Part shown: positions 48,426 to 56,930 of the stretch, one piece after another
How the letters are laid out: the number at the start of each line of letters is the position of its first letter
How positions within the stretch are numbered: the stretch's first letter is position 1
Assembly (NCBI GenBank): GCA_045534635.1
Contig: JAZSKB010000051.1
Coordinates: 4,663-68,662, forward strand
Length of the DNA: 64,000 bases
Reading direction: 5' to 3'
Source of the DNA: Bacteroidales bacterium
GTDB taxonomy: Bacteria; Bacteroidota; Bacteroidia; Bacteroidales; WCHB1-69
Made by a program: the position numbers and the translations under genes
The notes under the pieces: generated by a model
Seen by the model: only the letters and a program-made list of their open reading frames with translations
What the model was told of the DNA's origin: nothing
Databases searched by the model: none

Positions 48426-49655
48426 ATGTCAGTGTCAAAAATATTTACAGAATGTCAAATTGGACCAATAACATTAAGAAATAGAACGATTCGTTCAGCT
48501 GCTTTTGAAAATATGTGTTATGGGAATAAACCTTCTCAAGATTTATTCGATTATCATACCGCCGTTGCACGAGGAGGTGTTGGAATGACAACAATTGCTT
48601 ATGCGGCAGTAAATAAGAGTGGTCTTTCGTTTGATGGTCAATTGTGGATGCGAGAAGAAATTATTCCAGAACTCAAAAAATTAACAGATGCAATTCATGC
48701 AGAAGGAGCAAAAGCTTCTATTCAACTTGGACATTGTGGAAATATGACACATCGTGCAACTTGTGGACAAATGCCTGTAGGAGCCTCTGGAGGTTTCAAT
48801 CTTTATTCTCCTACATTTGTTCGTAAACTTAAAATTTCTGAAATAAAATCTTTAGTTAAAGACTTTGGTCATGCTGTGGATTTATGCAAAAAAGCTGGTT
48901 TCGATTGTGTTGAAATTCATGCAGGACATGGCTATCTTATTTCTCAATTTATTTCTCCATATACCAATCATCGTAAAGATGAATATGGTGGTAGCCTTGA
49001 CAATAGAATGCGTTTTATGCGAGAAGTGATTTCTGAAGTGATGGAACATGCAAAAAATGATATTGCTGTTGTTGTAAAAACAAATATGTACGATGGCTTC
49101 AAAAGTGGAATGCAAATTCCTGAATGTATTACTGTTGCTAAAGAACTCGAAAAACTTGGCGTTCACGCTCTTGTGCTTTCTGCTGGCTTTGTAAGTAGAG
49201 CACCTATGGATGTAATGCGTGGAGCAATGCCAATAAAAACATTGGCTTACTATATGGATATGAAGAAATTTTGGTGGCTAAAACTTGGTCTTCATATTGG
49301 AGGACGTATAATTATTCCTCCGGTACCTTTCAAAGAAGCCTATTTTCTTGAAACAGCAAAAAAATTCCGTCAAGAATTAAATATTCCTTTAATATACGTT
49401 GGTGGACTTATTTCTAAAAATAAAATGGAAGAAGTTCTTGATGAAGGTTTTGTTGCCCTTCAAATGGCTCGTGCATTAATTAACGATACCGATTTTATTA
49501 ATAAATTGAAATCTGGTGAATGCGAAAAAAGTGAATGTAAACATTCTAATTATTGCATAGGTAGAATGTATTCTTTAGAAATGAAATGTCATCATTGTGT
49601 AAATAATTTACCTACAAAATTAAAAAAAGAAATCAATAAAGCAGAAAGAAAATAA
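48426..49655 (+). CDS. NADH:flavin oxidoreductase (Old Yellow Enzyme family) with a Cys-rich C-terminal tail
   Basis: 409 aa. Contains LRNRTIRSA, QLGHCG and HAGHGYLISQFISPYTNHRKDEYGGSLDNRMRF. The tail is CEKSECKHSNYCIGR...CHHC. Confidence 0.85.
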   Translation: MSVSKIFTECQIGPITLRNRTIRSAAFENMCYGNKPSQDLFDYHTAVARGGVGMTTIAYAAVNKSGLSFDGQLWMREEIIPELKKLTDAIHAEGAKASIQLGHCGNMTHRATCGQMPVGASGGFNLYSPTFVRKLKISEIKSLVKDFGHAVDLCKKAGFDCVEIHAGHGYLISQFISPYTNHRKDEYGGSLDNRMRFMREVISEVMEHAKNDIAVVVKTNMYDGFKSGMQIPECITVAKELEKLGVHALVLSAGFVSRAPMDVMRGAMPIKTLAYYMDMKKFWWLKLGLHIGGRIIIPPVPFKEAYFLETAKKFRQELNIPLIYVGGLISKNKMEEVLDEGFVALQMARALINDTDFINKLKSGECEKSECKHSNYCIGRMYSLEMKCHHCVNNLPTKLKKEINKAERK

Positions 49656-49657
49656 TT

Positions 49658-50044
49658 ATGAGTTTAGAAATCGAAGGAAAAATTATTCAAATACTTCCAA
49701 AACAAAGTGGAACAAGTAAAAATGGTAATTGGATAAAACAAGAATGTATCATCGAAACTATGGAACAATTTCCCAAAAAGGTCTGTATTACTTTATGGGG
49801 TGAAAAATTTAGCAACTTTGAACAACTTTATCCAATAAATACAACCATTAAAGCAAATATAAATATAGAATCAAGGGAGTATATGGGGCGTTGGTACACC
49901 GATGTTCGTGCTTGGAGTGTAAGCCCTATCAACAACAATACAGCACCCCAACAACAAATCCCAACTTCGCAAATTGCCGACAACAATGAAACTGGTTGGA
50001 CAGTTTCCGATGATACTTTTGAAGATGACCCTCTTCCTTTTTAA
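49658..50044 (+). CDS. DUF3127-like OB-fold protein
   Basis: 128 aa. MSLEIEGKIIQILPKQSGTSKNGNWIKQE matches the recalled DUF3127 N-terminus. Confidence 0.6.
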   Translation: MSLEIEGKIIQILPKQSGTSKNGNWIKQECIIETMEQFPKKVCITLWGEKFSNFEQLYPINTTIKANINIESREYMGRWYTDVRAWSVSPINNNTAPQQQIPTSQIADNNETGWTVSDDTFEDDPLPF

Positions 50045-50135
50045 AAAATATTTTTGATTTAAACTTGCTGTTTATCAGCAATTTATCGTTGATAAATAAA
50101 ATAAAATTTGCAAAAATAGTACTTTTTTGCTCTTT

Positions 50136-50150
50136 TGGCACGCTTTTTGC
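50136..50150 (+). promoter_or_regulatory. Sigma-54 -24/-12 promoter (TGGCACGCTTTTTGC) for paralog 1
   Basis: Canonical GG-N10-GC spacing, 40 nt upstream of the ATG at 50190. Confidence 0.6.
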
Positions 50151-50189
50151 TATCATTTTTAGTGAAGATAATTTTAAATAAATAATGTT

Positions 50190-50930
50190 ATGAAAAAAAT
50201 TGTATTTTTCTTGTCAATGATATTTGCATTATCGACTTTATTTTCTTCGTGTACAGTGTATCATCCTCAATCCGTTGATATTCCTCTTATTCGACACCAA
50301 AATGATTTACAAGTAGAAGGGGCTATTTCTATTTCTCCTTATCCTTATTCATCACCTACATTAAACGCTACTGCAACTTATAGTTTTAATAAATGGGGAG
50401 CAGTTCAAGCACATATAAATACTGATGGTTATACAGAACTTTATTTACAAACGGCTTTTGGTAGTTATCTCCCTATAAAACAACATTACGTAATAGAAGG
50501 TTATGCAGGTTATGGATTATGGGGTAGTAGAAAATCTGAAGCTTATGAATTATGGGATAGTAATGAACCTGAACCTTCTGGAATATATCATTGTCCTTTT
50601 TTACAATTTAACACTGGCTGGGTTGGACTTGCAAAAGAACATATTGATGTTGGTTTTGGGTTAAAAACAGGTTGTTTGATTAGCAAATATAGAGAAATAT
50701 CATCTAGTAGCTATACTTTAGAAGGAAATATTTATCAATCCATAGAGTTTAATGATTTTATAAATTATGCTCCATTGATAGAACCACAAGTTTTTATTCG
50801 ATTTGGAGGAAAAAAATTAAAAGGTTCATTACGAGTTAGTTATTGTACATTTTTGGGCATGGAGAATTTTGTTTATTTTCCTGCAAATATTAGCATAGGA
50901 ATTTCCTACAAATTTGAATTTAAAAGATAA
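50190..50930 (+). CDS. Lipoprotein paralog 1 (predicted beta-rich outer-membrane protein)
   Basis: 246 aa. Lipobox LFSSC. It shares framework blocks with the two downstream paralogs. Confidence 0.65.
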   Translation: MKKIVFFLSMIFALSTLFSSCTVYHPQSVDIPLIRHQNDLQVEGAISISPYPYSSPTLNATATYSFNKWGAVQAHINTDGYTELYLQTAFGSYLPIKQHYVIEGYAGYGLWGSRKSEAYELWDSNEPEPSGIYHCPFLQFNTGWVGLAKEHIDVGFGLKTGCLISKYREISSSSYTLEGNIYQSIEFNDFINYAPLIEPQVFIRFGGKKLKGSLRVSYCTFLGMENFVYFPANISIGISYKFEFKR

Positions 50931-50952
50931 TTTTTTTCATTAAAAGTACTTT

Positions 50953-50967
50953 TGGCACGCTTTTTGC
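50953..50967 (+). promoter_or_regulatory. Sigma-54 -24/-12 promoter (TGGCACGCTTTTTGC) for paralog 2
   Basis: Identical motif, 40 nt upstream of the ATG at 51007. Confidence 0.6.
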
Positions 50968-51006
50968 TATCATTTTTAGTGAAGATAATTTTAAATAAAT
51001 AATGTT

Positions 51007-51702
51007 ATGAAAAAGATTGTATTTTTTTTGTCAATGCTATTTGCATTATCGGCTTTATTTTCTTCGTGTACAGTGTATCACTCACAAGCCGTAGATATTC
51101 CACTTATTCGACATCAAAATGATTTACAAATAGAAGGAGCGATTTCTTCTACTTATATAGGAGCTCCAGCAATAAATACTACTGCAACTTATAGTTTTAA
51201 TAAATGGGGAGCAGTTCAAGGACATATCAATTGGAATGGTTACATGGATTTTTATTTACAAACAGCGTTTGGTAGTTATCTCCCGATAAAACAACATTAC
51301 GTAATAGAAGGATATGTAGGGTATGGATTATGGATAAGTCCAGAAGAATATGGAATATATCATAATCCTTTCTTACAATTTAATACTGGTTGGGTTGGTC
51401 TTGCAAAAGAACATATTGATGTTGGATTTGGATTAAAAACTAGTTGTTTGATTAACTTTTTTTCCACAACTACTAACAATATATTTTTTAAAGACCCCAC
51501 TTCACCGTTTGAAATACAAACTACTTTTAGAGAATTTTCACCATTGATAGAACCACAAGTTTTTATTCGTATTGGTAATAAAAAATTAAAAGGCTCATTA
51601 CGAATAGGTTGCTGTGCAGTTTTATTAGGGACAGCAGCAATTGATTATGTTCCTGTAAACGTTAGTATCGGTATTTCTTACAAATTTGAATTTAAAAGAT
51701 AA
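51007..51702 (+). CDS. Lipoprotein paralog 2
   Basis: 231 aa with the same signal peptide/lipobox and framework. Confidence 0.65.
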   Translation: MKKIVFFLSMLFALSALFSSCTVYHSQAVDIPLIRHQNDLQIEGAISSTYIGAPAINTTATYSFNKWGAVQGHINWNGYMDFYLQTAFGSYLPIKQHYVIEGYVGYGLWISPEEYGIYHNPFLQFNTGWVGLAKEHIDVGFGLKTSCLINFFSTTTNNIFFKDPTSPFEIQTTFREFSPLIEPQVFIRIGNKKLKGSLRIGCCAVLLGTAAIDYVPVNVSIGISYKFEFKR

Positions 51703-51724
51703 TTTTTTTTATTAAAAGTACTTT

Positions 51725-51740
51725 TAGCACGCTTTTTTGC
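51725..51740 (+). promoter_or_regulatory. Degenerate sigma-54-like motif (TAGCACGCTTTTTTGC) before paralog 3
   Basis: GG is changed to AG, and one extra T makes the spacing N11 instead of N10. Confidence 0.35.
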
Positions 51741-51779
51741 TATTATTTTTAGTGAAGATAATTTTAAATAAATAATGTC

Positions 51780-52499
51780 ATGAAAAAGATTGTATTTTTT
51801 TTGTCAATGGTATTTACATTATCGGCGTTATTTTCTTCGTGTGTAATGTATCATCCTCAATCTGTTGATATTCCTCTTATTCGACACCAAAATGATTTAC
51901 AAGTAGAAGGGGCTATTTCTTCTACTTTGTTCGGGTCTCCTGCAATAAATGCTACTGCGACATATAGTTTCAATAAATGGGGAGCAGTTCAAGCACATAT
52001 AAATACTGATGGTTATACAGAATTTTATTTACAAACGGCTTTTGGTAGTTATCTCCCTATAAAACAGCATTATGTAATAGAAGGATATACTGGTTATGGA
52101 TTTGGATTTAGTAAGACTACTACTTCTCTTTTTGGTAAAGATATAACTATATCTGGAATATATCATTGCCCTTTTTTACAATTTAACACTGGTTGGGTTG
52201 GTCTTGCAAAAGAACATATTGATGTTGGTTTTGGACTAAAAACTGGTTGTTTTATTACCAGCTTTTCAAAAATTCAAACTAATATCAAAGGTAATGAAAC
52301 ATCTCCTGAAACACAAGTTAGTACTTTTAAAGAAATTGTTCCATTGATAGAACCACAGATTTTTATTCGATTTGGAGGAAAAAAATTAAAAGGTTCGTTA
52401 CGAGTTGGTTATTGTACATTTTTTAATATGGGAAATTTTGATTATTCCCCTATAAATGTAAGTTTAGGAATGACCTACAAATTTGAATTTAAAAGATAA
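51780..52499 (+). CDS. Lipoprotein paralog 3
   Basis: 239 aa with the same signal peptide/lipobox and framework. Confidence 0.65.
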   Translation: MKKIVFFLSMVFTLSALFSSCVMYHPQSVDIPLIRHQNDLQVEGAISSTLFGSPAINATATYSFNKWGAVQAHINTDGYTEFYLQTAFGSYLPIKQHYVIEGYTGYGFGFSKTTTSLFGKDITISGIYHCPFLQFNTGWVGLAKEHIDVGFGLKTGCFITSFSKIQTNIKGNETSPETQVSTFKEIVPLIEPQIFIRFGGKKLKGSLRVGYCTFFNMGNFDYSPINVSLGMTYKFEFKR

Positions 52500-52568
52500 T
52501 TTTTTTCATTGAAAATAAATTTTTTTTGCAAATACAAATATAATGCTTTTATTATTAAAAAAAAATGA

Positions 52569-52576
52569 TACCTTTG
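52569..52576 (+). promoter_or_regulatory. -7 box (TACCTTTG) for the HlyD/ABC operon
   Basis: Exact TAnnTTTG match 20 nt upstream of the ATG at 52596. Confidence 0.5.
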
Positions 52577-52595
52577 CGAAATAAGATTTCTAAGT

Positions 52596-53489
52596 ATGAG
52601 GAAGTATTTATTTTATACAATAGTTTTTACAATATCCTTTTTGGTTATTGCATGTTCAGGTCGTCGAAATAAAGCAGATGCTTTTGGAAGTTTTGAAGCA
52701 GAAGAATTGATTCTTTCAGCACAAATGGAAGGTCAAATATTAGATTTTGACACAAAACAAGGTTCCGCAGTTAAAGCAGGACAATATCTGGGCTCTATAG
52801 ATAGTACAAATCTTGTTTTTCAAAAGCAACAAGTTCAAAACCAAATAAATACTTTTTCAAAACAATATAGTATTTTGCCAAAAAAATTTATAAATCTCAA
52901 CGATAGTTTAATAAAAATAGAAAATCAAATATGGACTATCAACGATAATATCAATTGGGATTCTAAAACAAAAGAAAAATTAGCCAAATTGCAAAAGCAA
53001 AAAAATGATATTATTGAGGCAATTGCGAAATGGAAAGATGATAATTCTTCATTACAAGGATTGGCAAATCAAGCCGAACAATTGTATTTTCAACTTCGTC
53101 AGATGAATTTTGCTATTTCTAAATGTCGTATTATCAGCCCAATAAGTGGTATTGTACTTACACAATACGTAAAAACATACGAATTGATAGGCAAAGGATA
53201 TCCTATTGCTAAAATTGCCAATTTGAAAAATATGACACTAAAAGTTTTTGTAAGCGAAAGACAATTGGCAAATATCAAATTAGGTCAAGAATGCACAGTA
53301 AGAATTGACAAAAATAAAACTGAAAAAGCATACAAAGGTAAAGTTCTTTGGATATCCGATGAATCGGAATTTACACCAAAAATGATACAAACCAAAGAAG
53401 AACGCGTTAATTTGGTTTATGCCGTAAAAATTAACGTAAACAACGATGGCGATATAAAAATTGGTATGCCCGGAGAAGTGGTATTTTAA
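52596..53489 (+). CDS. HlyD-family periplasmic adaptor (membrane fusion) protein
   Basis: 297 aa with a lipobox (VIAC), a coiled-coil middle and a C-terminal barrel ending IKIGMPGEVVF. Confidence 0.75.
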   Translation: MRKYLFYTIVFTISFLVIACSGRRNKADAFGSFEAEELILSAQMEGQILDFDTKQGSAVKAGQYLGSIDSTNLVFQKQQVQNQINTFSKQYSILPKKFINLNDSLIKIENQIWTINDNINWDSKTKEKLAKLQKQKNDIIEAIAKWKDDNSSLQGLANQAEQLYFQLRQMNFAISKCRIISPISGIVLTQYVKTYELIGKGYPIAKIANLKNMTLKVFVSERQLANIKLGQECTVRIDKNKTEKAYKGKVLWISDESEFTPKMIQTKEERVNLVYAVKINVNNDGDIKIGMPGEVVF

Positions 53490-53501
53490 GTTTTCTTTTT
53501 T

Positions 53502-54404
53502 ATGAATGCTATCACTATCAACAATATAAGTAAATCTTTTGGAAAAATAAAAGCATTAGATAATATATCTTTGTCGGTAGAAGATGGTGAATTGTTTGGA
53601 TTGATAGGTCCTGACGGAGCAGGAAAATCTACACTTTTCAATGTTTTAGTTACTCTACTCAATCCAGAAAAAGGACAAGCAAATATCGCAGGTTACGATT
53701 TATTAAAAGATTATAAAAAAATTCGACAAATTATTGGTTATCTTCCTGGACAATTTTCTTTATACGGAGATTTGAGTTGTTTAGAAAATCTTGAATTTTT
53801 TGCTACTCTTTACGGGGAAAATCTTGAAGAAAATTATGAGTTGATTCGTCCTATTTGGGAACAATTACTTCCATTTAAAAATCGTCGTGCTTCTGCTCTT
53901 TCTGGAGGGATGAAACAAAAACTTGCTCTTTGTTGTGCTCTTATTCATAAACCAAAATTGCTTTTCTTAGACGAACCTACAACAGGTGTTGACCCCGTAA
54001 GTAGAAAAGAATTATGGGAAATTCTTAAAAAACTCAAAGATTTTAATATTACCGTTTTTGTATCTACATCTTATATGGACGAAGCAACTCTTTGCAATAG
54101 AATTGCATTGATACAAAATGGTAAAATACTTTCTTGTAATCGTCCCGACAAAATACAATCGAATTTTAAAGGTTACTTATTTTCCTTACAAACTAATCAC
54201 ATTTACAATTTGTTACAATATCTTGCTGATTATAAAGTTAATGATATTTATGCATCAGGGCAATTTGTTAATGTGGTATTAAACGAAAAACAAGAAGCAG
54301 AAAATTTATTGAACTTTATTAAAAAAAGTAATATCGAAATTAAAAATTATAATTTTATTCACCCTACAGTGGAAGATTGTTTTATTCAATTGATGAAAGC
54401 ATAA
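53502..54404 (+). CDS. ABC transporter ATP-binding protein
   Basis: 300 aa. Walker A is GPDGAGKST, the signature is LSGGMKQKL and Walker B is LLFLDEPT. Confidence 0.9.
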   Translation: MNAITINNISKSFGKIKALDNISLSVEDGELFGLIGPDGAGKSTLFNVLVTLLNPEKGQANIAGYDLLKDYKKIRQIIGYLPGQFSLYGDLSCLENLEFFATLYGENLEENYELIRPIWEQLLPFKNRRASALSGGMKQKLALCCALIHKPKLLFLDEPTTGVDPVSRKELWEILKKLKDFNITVFVSTSYMDEATLCNRIALIQNGKILSCNRPDKIQSNFKGYLFSLQTNHIYNLLQYLADYKVNDIYASGQFVNVVLNEKQEAENLLNFIKKSNIEIKNYNFIHPTVEDCFIQLMKA

Positions 54405-54976
54405 TGAACGATTATCAAAATTTATTAAGACAGTATGTCGATTTTCCTGCAGAAGGAGTTATTTTTCAAGATATTAACCCAATATTTTCCAATTGGAAAT
54501 CATTACAAAATTGTGCGACTGATTTAGAAATAGCCTGTGCAGAAATGATGCCTTTTTGCTCTAAAATATTGGCAATAGAAGCACGTGGATTTATTTTAGG
54601 AAGTATTCTTGCTGATAGACTAAAAACAGGATTTGTTCCTATAAGAAAAAAAGGAAAATTACCTCCTTATGCCTCTATATTAGAAAGTTCTTACAATTCT
54701 GAATATAGTTCCAACACTTTAACCATGGACACCAGTTTGATAGAATACAACGATAAAATTATTATCTTCGATGATGTTTTAGCAACAGGAGGTACTGCTT
54801 TGGCTGTTTCCAATTTATTGAAACACGAAATTGAAAACAATCGATTTGCCCCTTTCGATAAACATAATATTTGTTTCGCTTTTTTATTAGAAATAGAAGG
54901 ATTGAAAGGAAAAAAACATCTTTGTGAAGAGTTGAATATCAATAAAGACAATGTTTTTTCTCTTATAAAAGTATAA
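54404..54976 (+). CDS. apt: Adenine phosphoribosyltransferase
   Basis: The start is at the TAATG overlap with the ABC gene (MNDYQNLL...). FQDINPIF and the PRPP motif IIIFDDVLATGGTA are present. Confidence 0.8.
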   Translation: MNDYQNLLRQYVDFPAEGVIFQDINPIFSNWKSLQNCATDLEIACAEMMPFCSKILAIEARGFILGSILADRLKTGFVPIRKKGKLPPYASILESSYNSEYSSNTLTMDTSLIEYNDKIIIFDDVLATGGTALAVSNLLKHEIENNRFAPFDKHNICFAFLLEIEGLKGKKHLCEELNINKDNVFSLIKV

Positions 54977-55026
54977 TCTATTTAATATTTTTACAATAAT
55001 AGAAAAATATTTAACAGAACAAAAAA

Positions 55027-55055
55027 ATAGAGTAAAACTAAAAGTTTTACTCTAT
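55027..55055. terminator. Bidirectional hairpin between apt and the convergent lipoprotein gene
   Basis: 12-bp stem ATAGAGTAAAAC/GTTTTACTCTAT flanked by A- and T-runs. Confidence 0.65.
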
Positions 55056-55075
55056 TTTTCGTTTTTATTTATTTT

Positions 55076-55561
55076 TTATTTTCCCATCGCACCAAGAATT
55101 GTTGCTAATCCACTTGCTATTGAACTTGCAGAAGTAGAATTCAAAGAAGATGCATTTTTTCCTGCAGATAATATCGTATTTAAATCTAATCCTATAGCTG
55201 AAGAAATTACTTTATCTACCGTAGAACTTGTTATTAAATTTGATGAACCAGATATTGAACCAGCAGCAAAATTTTTATAAAATGTAGCATCTTTCATATT
55301 CCCTTTTATTACAGAAGCGTTTGTTGCCAAACTTATAACATTTATCCATGTATTAGCATCACTTAAATTTACTTTGTTCCCTGCTGTTTTGTACGATTTA
55401 TACAAATTTGAAAGAGCTGTTCCAAAACCAGCTCCTGACGTATATGCTGGACTTGTTGGGGTTATTCCGTTAGTTGTTGTTCCTACTACTTGTTTTAATG
55501 AACTACATGAAGCACAAATGATTGCTACAAACATAATTGAAATAATTGACTTAGTTCTCAT
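55076..55561 (-). CDS. Hypothetical Ser/Thr/Ala-rich lipoprotein
   Basis: 161 aa with lipobox IICASC. Confidence 0.5.
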   Translation of the reverse strand: MRTKSIISIMFVAIICASCSSLKQVVGTTTNGITPTSPAYTSGAGFGTALSNLYKSYKTAGNKVNLSDANTWINVISLATNASVIKGNMKDATFYKNFAAGSISGSSNLITSSTVDKVISSAIGLDLNTILSAGKNASSLNSTSASSIASGLATILGAMGK

Positions 55562-55762
55562 ACTTATTACTTTTTTACTACTTTTTTTATTTTTACTTTT
55601 ATTAGATTTTATAAACGATGTTTTATCTCAATTATTGTTTTAAACTATTTTTTTTTATGAAAAGTGCAGTTACATAGATTTAACAAACAAAATCACAAAA
55701 AAAACATAAGCATGTTTACAACCCACAAAAACCAAAAATATCACACTTTTTATAATAAAATA

Positions 55763-56155
55763 TTACATAGTTTGGTGGGTATTGGAATAATAACATTTTT
55801 TGAAATAATGATATTTTCCATATTTTTTAATGACCAATGTATTTCTATTTAAAATAAAAAAAATTCTATCAGAAAAATAACAATCTTTATCTTGACAAGT
55901 TAGTATTAGGAACTGATTCCTTTGTTTGTAAACCCTTTTCTTTTTAAGTAATCGTATGCCTCCTACATCTGAACTTTCTCTATTTACAATGAATGTTCCA
56001 TTTTGAAAAAATGTTATTGTTTCTTTTAATTTCAGTTTTGTGTCTTTAAAACGATAATAATGATAATATTCTACTGTTTCATATTTTGTAAAATATACTT
56101 TAAAAGAACATGATGATAATAATAAAACAAACAGAAGAATACACAACGAATTCAT
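55763..56155 (-). CDS. Hypothetical small lipoprotein
   Basis: 130 aa with lipobox LLLSSC. Confidence 0.45.
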   Translation of the reverse strand: MNSLCILLFVLLLSSCSFKVYFTKYETVEYYHYYRFKDTKLKLKETITFFQNGTFIVNRESSDVGGIRLLKKKRVYKQRNQFLILTCQDKDCYFSDRIFFILNRNTLVIKKYGKYHYFKKCYYSNTHQTM

Positions 56156-56297
56156 TATAAGAATATTTTTATTGAGTTCTCTGTTTCCTGTTTTCTTTCT
56201 CCATTTTACAAAAATAGCATTTTTACATAAAACAATATTTCTTATAGCATTAACATTGTAGATTATAACATCAACTTATAAAGTTATAAAAAAATGT

Positions 56298-56305
56298 TAT
56301 CTTTG
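56298..56305 (+). promoter_or_regulatory. -7 box (TATCTTTG) for mntP
   Basis: Exact TAnnTTTG match 50 nt upstream of the ATG at 56356. Confidence 0.5.
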
Positions 56306-56355
56306 CAAAAAATATAAAAAATCGTTTTTTATAAAAAGATACAGATTTTTACCTT

Positions 56356-56919
56356 ATGGGAATAATATTTATTGTATTGTTAGCGATTGGTTTAGCAATG
56401 GATTGTTTTGCAATATCTATTGCTTGTGGAGCAAGTAAGCAAACGTTCAAAGCTCATCAAGGTGTTGTTATGGCATTGACATTTGGGTTATTTCAAGGAA
56501 TTATGCCATTAATTGGCTGGTTGTGTGGCTTTTATTTTACAGAAAGAATAATTCCTATTGCTCATTGGATAGCATTTATTATTCTATTTATTATAGGAAT
56601 AAAAATGATTGTTGATGGTTTGAAAACGACAACAGATAATAGTCATAATACCTTTTTTTCTTTAAAAACAACCATTATTCTTGCAATTTCAACAAGTATA
56701 GATGCATTAGCTATAGGATTAATATTTATAGGAAGCGAAGATAAATTGAAAATAGGAATTTTAATTATAGGCATAGTAAGTTTTTTATTTTCAATAATTG
56801 GATTGTATATAGGAAAATATTTAAAAAGATATCTAAAAATTAAAGTAGAAATTTTAGGAGGCTTAATACTAATAGTAATAGGCACAAAAATATTAATAGA
56901 ACATTTATTTTTTACATAA
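56356..56919 (+). CDS. mntP: Manganese efflux pump MntP
   Basis: 187 aa with a duplicated DUF204-type repeat (AMDCFAISIA... and STSIDALAIG). Confidence 0.8.
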   Translation: MGIIFIVLLAIGLAMDCFAISIACGASKQTFKAHQGVVMALTFGLFQGIMPLIGWLCGFYFTERIIPIAHWIAFIILFIIGIKMIVDGLKTTTDNSHNTFFSLKTTIILAISTSIDALAIGLIFIGSEDKLKIGILIIGIVSFLFSIIGLYIGKYLKRYLKIKVEILGGLILIVIGTKILIEHLFFT

Positions 56920-56930
56920 AAATATCAACA

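Larger units (their letters stand above)
50130..52499 (+). repeat. Tandem triplication (promoter + leader + gene units; promoter-to-promoter spacing 817 and 772 nt)
   Basis: The upstream string TTTTAGTGAAGATAATTTTAAATAAATAATGT and large coding blocks repeat three times. Confidence 0.85.

Noticed and set aside
50190-52499. I considered a diversity-generating retroelement (template/variable repeat) as the source of variation among the three paralogs.
   Set aside because: There is no reverse transcriptase in the window. The differences include indels and are not restricted to adenine positions.
56160-56355. I looked for a yybP-ykoY manganese riboswitch upstream of mntP.
   Set aside because: The TAnnTTTG box at 56298 leaves only a ~45 nt AT-rich leader. 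That is too short for the four-way junction riboswitch, and it lacks G-rich conserved segments.
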